From: an uncultured Aquimarina sp.
Lineage (GTDB): Bacteria > Bacteroidota > Bacteroidia > Flavobacteriales > Flavobacteriaceae
Direction of reading: 5' to 3'
NCBI GenBank assembly: GCA_937958985.1
Contig: CALGLV010000012.1
Span: 23,385 to 87,384, forward strand
Length of the DNA: 64,000 nucleotides
The notes beneath the pieces were generated by a model that ran no database searches, was not told where the DNA came from, and saw only the letters and a list, made by a program, of their open reading frames with translations. Below are positions 21,085 through 30,075 of this stretch, piece by piece. Made by a program: the position numbers and the translations under genes. Positions within the stretch are counted from its first letter, which is position 1. Every line of letters begins with the position of its first letter.

Positions 21085-23145
21085 TTAACTATATATTCCT
21101 TCTAAATCAAAGATAAATGCAAACTCTTCTGCAACTTCTTTTAACGCTTCAAAACGACCAGAAGCACCGCCATGACCTGTATCCATATTGGTGTGAAGAA
21201 ATAATTTATTAGTATCTTTTTTATAGTTTCTTAACTTTGCAACCCATTTAGCAGGCTCCCAATATTGTACTTGCGAATCGTGCAAACCGGTTGTTACCAG
21301 CATATTTGGATAATGTTGCTTAACTACATTGTCATAGGGTGAATATGATTTAATATAATGGTAATATTCTTTTTCATTTGGATTTCCCCACTCATCATAT
21401 TCGCCTGTAGTTAATGGTATGGTGTCGTCTAACATAGTTGTAACCACATCTACAAAAGGAACTGCAGCAACAATACCATTATATAATTGAGGAGCATTAT
21501 TTGCTATTACCCCCATTAGTAAACCACCCGCAGAGCCTCCCATTGCATATAAATGTTTTGGTGTGGTATATTTTTTTTCAATTAAATATTTTGAACAATC
21601 AATAAAATCGGTAAATGTATTTTTTTTAGTTAATAATTTACCGTCATCATACCAAGGCCTACCTAAATACTCACCTCCGCGCACGTGAGCGATGGCGTAA
21701 ATAAACCCTCTATCTAAAAGAGTTAATCGTGTTGTTGAAAAATAAGGGTCGATGGTGTGTCCGTAAGAACCGTATGCATATTGCAATAGTGGATGACTTC
21801 CATCTTTTTTAATTCCTTTTTTATAAATTAACGAAATTGGAATTTTAGTTCCATCTTCGGCAGTTGCCCAAATGCGTTCTGATTTATAATTATCTTTATC
21901 AAACGCACCACCTAAAACCTCTTGCTCTTTAAGAATTTTAGATTCTTTAGTACGCATGTTAAATTCTATAATTGAAGTAGGTGTTGTTAAAGAGTTGTAT
22001 CCATACCTAAACCATTCAGAATTAAATTCAACATTTATACTAGAAAACGCCGTGTATGTTTCGTTATCAAAAGGCAAATAGTAATCTTGAGTACCGTCCC
22101 AACGTATAATTCTAATTTGATTTAAACCATTGGTACGCTCACTTACTACTAAATACTCTTCAAAAATATCAATATCTTCTAATAAAGTATCCTCTCTATG
22201 ATCAATAAGTGTTTCCCAATGATTGATTTCAGTATAGGATTCCGATGTTTTCATTAATTTAAAATTAGTCGCATCTTCAGCATTGGTTAAAATATAAAAA
22301 TGACCATCGTAGTGAGCCATTCCATATTCTAAACCTCTAATTCTAGGTTGAAAAACTTTAAATTCATTATTTGGCAAATTAGCATCTACAAATCTATATT
22401 CAGAAGTAAGTGTAGCGCTTGATCCTATGCAAATAAACTTTTTGGATTGCGTTTTATATACAAATACATCAAAAGTATCATCTTTTTCCTCGTATACACA
22501 AATGTCATTATCAACAGCTGAGTTTAAAAGGTGTTTACAAATTTTATGAGATCGTAATGTTTCTTCTTCTTTTAAAGTGTAAAAAAGTGTTTTATTGTCA
22601 TTTGCCCAAGTAGAGCTTCCTGTTGTGTTTTCAATGACTTCATCAAATAACTCTCCAGTTTCAAGATTTTTAATCTTTATTTTATATTGCCTTCTACTAA
22701 CTATATCTTCACCATAGGCTAGGTATTTATTATTCGGACTAATGCTTAATCCTCTAACATTAAAATAGTCATGTTCTTCTGCTTCTTTATTACAGTCAAT
22801 TATTATTTCTTCAGAAGCCTCCAAAGTGCCTTTTCTCCTTGTATAAATGGGATAACCTTTACCTACTTCATACCTAGTGATGTACCAATAACCATTATGT
22901 TTGTATGGAACAGATGATGAGTCTTCTTTAATTCTAGCTTTCATTTCAGCAAATAAGTCTTCTTGAAAACCTTTAGTATGCTTCATGTTTGTTTCGAAAA
23001 AAGAATTTTCATCCTCTAAATATTTAATAACCTCAGGGTTTTCTTTATCATTTAGCCAAAAATAAGGATCAACACGAATATCGTTGTGTTTTGTAAGTTC
23101 TTTATTTATTTGTTTTGCAACAGGAACTGTTATTATTTCTTTCAA
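21085..23145 (-). CDS. ptrB: Oligopeptidase B (S9A peptidase)
   Basis: DPYFWL, GGSAGG nucleophile, HDSQV, GHGG; TTG start. Confidence 0.9.
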   Translation of the reverse strand: MKEIITVPVAKQINKELTKHNDIRVDPYFWLNDKENPEVIKYLEDENSFFETNMKHTKGFQEDLFAEMKARIKEDSSSVPYKHNGYWYITRYEVGKGYPIYTRRKGTLEASEEIIIDCNKEAEEHDYFNVRGLSISPNNKYLAYGEDIVSRRQYKIKIKNLETGELFDEVIENTTGSSTWANDNKTLFYTLKEEETLRSHKICKHLLNSAVDNDICVYEEKDDTFDVFVYKTQSKKFICIGSSATLTSEYRFVDANLPNNEFKVFQPRIRGLEYGMAHYDGHFYILTNAEDATNFKLMKTSESYTEINHWETLIDHREDTLLEDIDIFEEYLVVSERTNGLNQIRIIRWDGTQDYYLPFDNETYTAFSSINVEFNSEWFRYGYNSLTTPTSIIEFNMRTKESKILKEQEVLGGAFDKDNYKSERIWATAEDGTKIPISLIYKKGIKKDGSHPLLQYAYGSYGHTIDPYFSTTRLTLLDRGFIYAIAHVRGGEYLGRPWYDDGKLLTKKNTFTDFIDCSKYLIEKKYTTPKHLYAMGGSAGGLLMGVIANNAPQLYNGIVAAVPFVDVVTTMLDDTIPLTTGEYDEWGNPNEKEYYHYIKSYSPYDNVVKQHYPNMLVTTGLHDSQVQYWEPAKWVAKLRNYKKDTNKLFLHTNMDTGHGGASGRFEALKEVAEEFAFIFDLEGIYS

Positions 23146-23157
23146 TTTTTTTATTTT

Positions 23158-24264
23158 TTATAAAGTTTCCTCTTCGTTTTGTTGACCTGTAGCCATTAGA
23201 AAAGCTTTCAAAAATTCATCTATACCTCCATTCATAACAGCATCTATATTACCCGTTTCATGTGCTGTACGGACATCTTTAACTAATTTATAAGGATGCA
23301 TTACATAGTTACGTATTTGTGAACCCCATTCAATTTTCATTTTTGAAGCCTCTATCTCGTCTCGAAGAGCTTGTTTCTTTTTTAACTCAATTTCGTATAA
23401 TTGAGATTTTAAAAGCTGCATCGCTTTGGATTTGTTATCTAATTGAGAACGTGTTTCTGAATTTTCTATAATAATCCCCGATGGCTTGTGTCTTAATCGT
23501 ACCGCTGTTTCAACCTTGTTTACATTTTGACCACCAGCACCTGAAGATCTCATGGTTTCCCAAGAAATTTCAGAAGCATTTATATCAATTTCAATAGAGT
23601 CATCGGCCAAAGGATAAACGTAAACCGAAGCAAAAGTTGTATGACGTTTAGCATTGCTATCAAAAGGTGAAATGCGCACCAATCGATGTACACCATTTTC
23701 CCCCTTTAACCATCCAAAAGCATATTCGCCTTCAATTTCTAAAGTTACTGTTTTAACACCAACTACATCACCAGCTTGAAAATTAAGCTCTTTGATTTTA
23801 AAATTTTGCTTTTGACAGTACATCATGTACATACGCATTAGCATTTGAGCCCAGTCACAACTTTCAGTACCACCTGCACCTGCTGTGATTTGAAGTACAG
23901 CACCTAAGCTGTCTCCCTCTTCACTAAGCATATTTCGAAATTCTAAATCCTGGATAGCATCTTCTGTTTGTTTCAAATGTTTTTCAAGCTCTTCGTCTGT
24001 AGTCGCTCCTTCTTTATTAAACTCTATTAATATTTCAAGATCTTCCACTAATTGTGAGGAAGTATTAAAATCGGCTACCCATTTTTTTAAACTAGTTAAA
24101 ACACGCATGTGAGCTTCTGCCTCCTTGGGATTATTCCAAAAATCTGGAGAAAATGTTTTTTCTTCTTGATTAGCTATTTCAATTTTTTTTGAATCGATAT
24201 TTAAATGCCTTTTCAAAGAACTAATACGTTTATTTAAATCAGAAAATGTTTCTTGGTTGATCAT
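23158..24264 (-). CDS. prfB: Peptide chain release factor 2, encoded as one continuous ORF
   Basis: SPF and GGQ motifs, WGSQIRNYV. ATG 24264 is preferred because the track's TTG lies in a TATTTTTG promoter element. Confidence 0.95.
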   Translation of the reverse strand: MINQETFSDLNKRISSLKRHLNIDSKKIEIANQEEKTFSPDFWNNPKEAEAHMRVLTSLKKWVADFNTSSQLVEDLEILIEFNKEGATTDEELEKHLKQTEDAIQDLEFRNMLSEEGDSLGAVLQITAGAGGTESCDWAQMLMRMYMMYCQKQNFKIKELNFQAGDVVGVKTVTLEIEGEYAFGWLKGENGVHRLVRISPFDSNAKRHTTFASVYVYPLADDSIEIDINASEISWETMRSSGAGGQNVNKVETAVRLRHKPSGIIIENSETRSQLDNKSKAMQLLKSQLYEIELKKKQALRDEIEASKMKIEWGSQIRNYVMHPYKLVKDVRTAHETGNIDAVMNGGIDEFLKAFLMATGQQNEEETL

Positions 24265-24414
24265 GGGTTGATTGGCTAACAGATACAAAAATACGAATGC
24301 TTTTGACTATAACTAATTATTGCGTTTTAATTTAAAAAAGGCACATATAATACGTTAGACAATTAAACAAAAAATAAATTTGTAAGTGATTAACAAACAG
24401 CACTTAATGAGTAT

Positions 24415-24463
24415 TTCATCGATATAATATGCTTTTTATCGAAAATAAGACTAATTATCGATG
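24415..24463 (+). promoter_or_regulatory. Three phased ATCGA boxes upstream of the OmpA-family gene (possible response-regulator sites)
   Basis: ATCGA at 24418, 24438 and 24457. Confidence 0.3.
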
Positions 24464-24540
24464 CATCACTATTGCTATTAGTGTGTAAAACATGTTATTT
24501 GTAGCATAATTAAATAATTCAACACTAAAGATTGATTAAA

Positions 24541-25647
24541 ATGAAAAAACTTATTTTTTGTATTGCAGCAATTTCTACTGCATTCACTGCAACTGCGCAG
24601 CAAGATTTACCAACTAACCCAGAACCAGGGAAATGTTATGTAAGATGTACAACTCCTGATATTTATGAAAATCAGTCTGTTCAAATAGAGATCGCACCTT
24701 CTTACAAAAGATTACAAGTAGTACCTGCAACGTACAAAACTATTACTGAAAAAGTTTTAGTTAGAGAAGCTAGTAAGAAACTAAAAGTTATTCCTGCTAC
24801 TTATTCTACTGAAACAATTTCTTATACTAAAAAACAAGGAGGAAATACATTGAGTATCCAACCAGCTAAGTTTGGATCTGATAGTCAAACTATCGAAGTG
24901 AAGCCTGCTTATGCATTATGGGAACTTGGTGCTGCAGCTCCTGATTGTGCTTCAAGTAACCCTGATGATTGTCGTTACTGGTGTTACAAAGGATATCCTG
25001 CACAGTTTACTACAATTAATCAACAAACTTTAGTAAATAATGCTACTTCTTCAGCTTCACCAATAGCTTCAAAAGAAAGTTCTTATACTAAAACAGTTGT
25101 TGCTACTCCTGCAAGAGTTGAAGAAATTACTATTCCTGCTGAATACTCTACTATTACTAAAATTGTTTTAGATCGTGATGCTTACACTACTGAAGATGTA
25201 GTTCCTGCTAAATACAAAACTGTTAGTAAAGAAGTATTAAAGCAAAAAGGTGGTTTAACTACTTGGAAAGAAGTTGAATGTAGCTTAGTTGAATACCAAG
25301 CATTACCTATTAACTGGAATGTTGGATCTGCAACGTTAACTTCAACTGCTAAAAACTTAATCGACACAAGATTATTGCCTGTATTAGCTCAAAACGCTGG
25401 AGCAAAAATGGAAATTGCTTCTCATACTGATTCAAGAGGTGGAGCTTCTTCTAACCAAGCTTTATCTGACAGAAGAGCACAATCAGTTGTTAACTACTTA
25501 ATTTCTAAAGGAATTAACAACAGCCGTTTAGTAGCTAATGGTTACGGTGAGCGTAGATTGAAAAACAGATGTGCTGACGGAGTATCTTGTACTGAGCGTC
25601 AACATGCTGCAAACAGAAGAACTGAATTCCGTTTGATTAACAACTAA
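24541..25647 (+). CDS. Secreted OmpA-C-domain (peptidoglycan-binding) protein with PAxY/F repeat region
   Basis: Signal peptide, repeated (V/I)PAxYxT, C-terminal SHTDSRG..N..LS.RRA..V...NRRTEF. Confidence 0.85.
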   Translation: MKKLIFCIAAISTAFTATAQQDLPTNPEPGKCYVRCTTPDIYENQSVQIEIAPSYKRLQVVPATYKTITEKVLVREASKKLKVIPATYSTETISYTKKQGGNTLSIQPAKFGSDSQTIEVKPAYALWELGAAAPDCASSNPDDCRYWCYKGYPAQFTTINQQTLVNNATSSASPIASKESSYTKTVVATPARVEEITIPAEYSTITKIVLDRDAYTTEDVVPAKYKTVSKEVLKQKGGLTTWKEVECSLVEYQALPINWNVGSATLTSTAKNLIDTRLLPVLAQNAGAKMEIASHTDSRGGASSNQALSDRRAQSVVNYLISKGINNSRLVANGYGERRLKNRCADGVSCTERQHAANRRTEFRLINN

Positions 25648-25679
25648 TAATTAATTAGTTGATCAAATTTTGATCAAAC

Positions 25680-25716
25680 AAAAAAGCCTCGATGTTTATA
25701 CATCGAGGCTTTTTTT
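25680..25716 (+). terminator. Intrinsic terminator (bidirectional form)
   Basis: aaaaaagcctcgatgt-ttat-acatcgaggctttttt. Confidence 0.85.
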
Positions 25717-26030
25717 ATTTAAACTATTTTCAGTATTGAAATAACAATCCTACTAAATTTTTAGTGTATCAAAAACATTAGTAAACTCTAAGTGTGTTAA
25801 GCGTACTCCAAAAAGCCTTTTTATTTTATTTCAGGATTTATAGTAGAGAAATTAAATAAGCTCTTTAAACAGTAAAAAACATAAAGACTTTATTTCCTAA
25901 AAATGATATTTTATATAAGAAGAATCCAAATTATAAAAAAGGATCGCTTAAGCCCCACTCTTTCCTAATAAGTCTCTAAAACAAAAAATTAATCAAAAAC
26001 ATCAGAGTCATTACCCAAATATTTTAAACA

Positions 26031-27290
26031 TTATACATTTGGAAAAACACTACCGTTAATTTCAAAATTAGGCTTAGGATAGCATATGAAATATTTAGTT
26101 ACTTTTTTTGATAGTGCTTCTAAATTATATTGATCACTTTGTTTTATTATATCGGAAGTTTCTCCATTTTTCAGTAATAGCTTTATATGCTGTTTTTCTG
26201 CGTTGTAAGCTTGATTAGATATAGAGCCTGAAAACACAAAATAACTAGCCTCTTCCCTATTTAAATCATGATTAGATACTAATTTATCAATATGTATTGA
26301 TTCCTTTTCTTTAGAAAATTCTTGTAAACCTAATTCAACTTTTAATAAATCTCGGTTAATTAAAATTTCAGAAAGCGTACTTAGTATTTTGTCATCATAA
26401 TTCACCCATTCTTTTATTGCAGAAACTAAATCATAATCGTCCAATTTCGAAAATTGATTCAATACATCTTCCGTAAATGAAGAAGATTCTATTTTTTCTT
26501 TTAAAAAGAAAGACAGTACTGTACTTGCGGGTAATTCTTTCCCTTGCTCCACTAAATAATTAGCTCGTTGTAGTATACGTATTAAAACATTTTCTGCTAC
26601 TAAACTAGTTTTATGTAAATATACTTGCCAGTACATTAATCTTCTAGATAGTAAAAATTTTTCAACAGAATAAATTCCTTTTTCTTCTACAACCAACTCA
26701 TCGTTAACAACACTAAGCATTGTTATTAAACGTTCGCTATTTACATTACCCTCGGCAACACCTGTATAAAAACTATCTCGTTTTAAATAATCTAATCGGT
26801 CCATATCTAGTTGCCCGGATATTAGCTGATGTAGAAACATTCTTGAATATTCTCCTTTAAAAATGGTTATTGCTAGATCTAATTTTCCATCAAATTCTTT
26901 ATTCAAGGTTTCCATAAAACGTAACGAAATATCTTCATGGCTTATTCCATGTACAATAGAATGCTCCATAGCATGAGAAAAAGGTCCATGCCCAATATCG
27001 TGTAATAATATGGCTGCTAAAACCGCTACCTCTTCTTCTTCAGAAATATCAACCCCTTTAAAGCGTAATACTTGCACTGCTTTCTGCATTAGATGCATAC
27101 AGCCCAAAGCATGATGAAAACGCGTGTGATGAGCTCCTGGATAAACCATATGAGATAAGCCCATTTGTGTAATTCTGCGTAAACGCTGAAAATACTTATG
27201 TTCAATTAAATCGAAAATGAATTCGTTAGGAATTGTAATAAACCCATAAATTGGATCGTTTATAATTTTAAGTTTGTTTCTTTTCTTCAA
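26031..27290 (-). CDS. HD-domain phosphohydrolase (dNTP triphosphohydrolase/SAMHD1-like)
   Basis: DPIYG, FQRLRRI.Q.G, HTRFHH, LLHDIGHGPFSH, DMDRLDYL.RD. Confidence 0.88.
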   Translation of the reverse strand: MKKRNKLKIINDPIYGFITIPNEFIFDLIEHKYFQRLRRITQMGLSHMVYPGAHHTRFHHALGCMHLMQKAVQVLRFKGVDISEEEEVAVLAAILLHDIGHGPFSHAMEHSIVHGISHEDISLRFMETLNKEFDGKLDLAITIFKGEYSRMFLHQLISGQLDMDRLDYLKRDSFYTGVAEGNVNSERLITMLSVVNDELVVEEKGIYSVEKFLLSRRLMYWQVYLHKTSLVAENVLIRILQRANYLVEQGKELPASTVLSFFLKEKIESSSFTEDVLNQFSKLDDYDLVSAIKEWVNYDDKILSTLSEILINRDLLKVELGLQEFSKEKESIHIDKLVSNHDLNREEASYFVFSGSISNQAYNAEKQHIKLLLKNGETSDIIKQSDQYNLEALSKKVTKYFICYPKPNFEINGSVFPNV

Positions 27291-27389
27291 AAAAATTCAC
27301 ATTTAGGATTAAAACAAATATACATTATACGATATTAGTAGCACAGTAAGTAGGATGTATTCCCTACCCCCTAAAATAACTAAAAATAA

Positions 27390-28937
27390 ATGAGCAATAT
27401 ACATATACTTTGGGTTGATGATGAGATAGATTTATTAAAGCCTCATATATTATTTCTTGAAAAGAAAAATTATAAGGTTTCAAAGTGCCAAAGTGGTATG
27501 GAAGCTTTAGAAATGATTGATGAAAATAAATACGATATTGTTTTTTTAGACGAAAACATGCCAGGATTAACAGGTATTGATACTTTAGCTGAAATTAAAG
27601 AGAAACAAGCCAATTTACCAGTTGTAATGATTACAAAAAGTGAAGAGGAATATATAATGGAAGAAGCTATTGGTAGTAAAATAGCCGACTATTTAATTAA
27701 GCCTGTAAACCCTAATCAAATACTTTTAAGTTTAAAAAAGAACCTAGACCATTCTAGATTAATTTCTGAAAAAACGACCTCTAATTATCAGCAGGAATTT
27801 AGGAAAATAGCCATGGATATGGCCATGGTAAACTCTTATGAAGAATGGGCTGAAATGCACCAACGTTTAATCTACTGGGAGTTAGAACTTGAAAATATTG
27901 AAGATTCTAGTATGTTTGAAATATTAGAAACTCAAAAAAATGAGGCTAATAATCAATTTGGAAAATACATTAACAATAATTATGAAGATTGGTTTGATGG
28001 TACGGACGGCCCTTTATTATCTCACCGCCTTTTTAAAGACGCTATAGCTCCTGAACTTAGTAAGGAGCAACCTACTCTTTTAGTAGTGGTTGACAATTTG
28101 CGTTACGATCAATGGAAAACTTTTGAGCCTGTAATAACGAAGCATTACAAGGTTAAAGAAGAAAAACCTTATTTTAGTATTCTGCCTACGGCAACTCAAT
28201 ATGCACGTAATTCTATTTTTTCTGGCTTAATGCCTTTAGAAATGGAAAAAAAACACCCGGATCTTTGGTTGAATGATACTGACGAAGGTGGTAAAAACAT
28301 GTATGAAAATGAGTTTTTAAAAGCTCAAATAAAACGATTACAATTAGATATTAAACATGAATATTATAAAATTACTTCTGAAAAATCGGGACGTACTTTA
28401 GCAGATAATTTTAAAGGCTGTAAAGATAACGACTTAACTGTGGTTGTTTACAATTTTGTGGATATGATATCGCATGCGAAAACGGAAATGGAAGTTATTA
28501 AGGAATTGGCTTCTAATGACAAAGCATATCGATCCTTAACGCTTAGTTGGTTTAAAAACTCACCTTTATTTGATATTATTCAAAAAGCACAGGAACTAGG
28601 TTTTAAATTAATAATTACTACCGACCACGGTACCATTAATGTTAATAAACCTTCTAAAGTAATTGGTGATAAAAATACCAGTTTAAATTTGCGTTACAAA
28701 ACAGGTAAAAGTTTAACTTATCAAGATAAAGAAGTGGTTGCTTTTAGAAACCCAAAATCTATCCACTTACCCGCAATTAATATGAGTAGCTCTTTTATTT
28801 TTGCTAGAGATGATTATTTCTTTGCTTACCCAAATAACTATAATCATTATGTGAGTTACTACAAAGATAGCTACCAACATGGTGGGGTTTCTATGGAAGA
28901 AATGATTATCCCTTTTGTTGTTTTAGATCCTAAATAA
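27390..28937 (+). CDS. porX: PorX-type response regulator (REC + PglZ alkaline-phosphatase-fold domain)
   Basis: WVDDE, FLDENMPG, DNLRYDQW, LPTATQYARN, TTDHG, QHGGVS.EEM. Confidence 0.88.
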   Translation: MSNIHILWVDDEIDLLKPHILFLEKKNYKVSKCQSGMEALEMIDENKYDIVFLDENMPGLTGIDTLAEIKEKQANLPVVMITKSEEEYIMEEAIGSKIADYLIKPVNPNQILLSLKKNLDHSRLISEKTTSNYQQEFRKIAMDMAMVNSYEEWAEMHQRLIYWELELENIEDSSMFEILETQKNEANNQFGKYINNNYEDWFDGTDGPLLSHRLFKDAIAPELSKEQPTLLVVVDNLRYDQWKTFEPVITKHYKVKEEKPYFSILPTATQYARNSIFSGLMPLEMEKKHPDLWLNDTDEGGKNMYENEFLKAQIKRLQLDIKHEYYKITSEKSGRTLADNFKGCKDNDLTVVVYNFVDMISHAKTEMEVIKELASNDKAYRSLTLSWFKNSPLFDIIQKAQELGFKLIITTDHGTINVNKPSKVIGDKNTSLNLRYKTGKSLTYQDKEVVAFRNPKSIHLPAINMSSSFIFARDDYFFAYPNNYNHYVSYYKDSYQHGGVSMEEMIIPFVVLDPK

Positions 28938-28970
28938 TAAGTAAATATTTTTTTAAATTTATACTGAATT

Positions 28971-29003
28971 AACCGTAGATAAATAAACTTTATCTACGGT
29001 TTT
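28971..29003 (+). terminator. Hairpin/terminator after porX
   Basis: aaccgtagataaa-taaac-tttatctacggtt followed by T residues. Confidence 0.65.
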
Positions 29004-29065
29004 ATACAATATTACATTGGAAAGTTAGTTTTGATATATATTTCTCAACCAACTTTTTACACTAT

Positions 29066-30058
29066 ATGTTAAGCTTATTAACTAATAAACTTATATCTAA
29101 TTTTAAAAAAAGATATCCGTTATTTAGTATTCTTGCACTATCGGCAACCGCTATCACAGCTCAACAAACGCCCCAATTTTCACAATTTATACAAAACCCA
29201 TTTGTTATAAATCCGGCCATTACAGGTACCGAAGATTATTCCGAAGTAACAGTTGCACACCGAAGCCAATGGGCCGGACTTGAAGGTGCTCCAAAAACCA
29301 CTTCTTTCACTTTAAACACTGCGGTTAATAATTTAAAAAAATCATCATTACTACATAGAACTCCAAACAATAGGCAAGGCTTAGGGATCTTTATTTATAG
29401 CGATAAGGCAGGACCAATAAAACAAAGTACATTTTCAGGAAGTTATGCCTATCACCTTAAATTATCAAACGATTGGCATGTCTCCTTAGGAACTTTTTTA
29501 GGGTTTAGCCAATTTAGTTTTGATGATCGTAATGTCGTTTTAGTACAAGATTCAAATGATAATTTGGTTCAAAATTTTTCTTCTATAAGCTTTGATATAA
29601 ATTTAGGTATTTATGCTTATTCCAAATATTTATTTGCTGGGATTGCTGCCAATCAAATTTTAAATAATAAAGTAAATGATAATAATGCAATAGCATTAAC
29701 AGGTAATTTAGAAAGAAGCTTCAATTTACTGATAGGGTCACGTATTTCTTTCAAAAAAAATTACCAATTGGTGCCTTTTATTTTAACTAAAACCACCACT
29801 AGTGCTCCTGTACAATGGGAATTAGGCACCAAATTAATTTACGATAATAAATTCTGGGGAGGTATATCTTACAGAAATCAAGATGCCATTATCGGTTTTT
29901 TAGGTATTACAATATTTCCGAACACTACTTTTAGTTACTCTTACGATGCCTCAATTACAGCTTTTAAAGGCAATCAAAATGGTACACACGAAATTATATT
30001 AGGCTATCGATTTAGTCTTAAAAAGCAATCCTGCGCTTGCCCCATCTATTCCTTATAA
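29066..30058 (+). CDS. Type IX secretion PorP/SprF-family outer-membrane protein
   Basis: AQQTPQFSQF..NP..INPA, HRSQW.G.EGAP.T, GTHEI.LGY. Confidence 0.9.
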   Translation: MLSLLTNKLISNFKKRYPLFSILALSATAITAQQTPQFSQFIQNPFVINPAITGTEDYSEVTVAHRSQWAGLEGAPKTTSFTLNTAVNNLKKSSLLHRTPNNRQGLGIFIYSDKAGPIKQSTFSGSYAYHLKLSNDWHVSLGTFLGFSQFSFDDRNVVLVQDSNDNLVQNFSSISFDINLGIYAYSKYLFAGIAANQILNNKVNDNNAIALTGNLERSFNLLIGSRISFKKNYQLVPFILTKTTTSAPVQWELGTKLIYDNKFWGGISYRNQDAIIGFLGITIFPNTTFSYSYDASITAFKGNQNGTHEIILGYRFSLKKQSCACPIYSL

Positions 30059-30075
30059 TAAAACATTAATATGTT

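Noticed and set aside
25717-26030. 310-nt gap between convergent OmpA-family and HD genes
   Set aside because: No credible ORF, repeat, RNA structure or pseudogene remnant recognised
26031-28937. PglZ plus HD dNTPase as a BREX or nucleotide-depletion defence system
   Set aside because: PglZ is fused to a REC domain (PorX), no brx/pgl genes are present, and both genes look like core Bacteroidota genes
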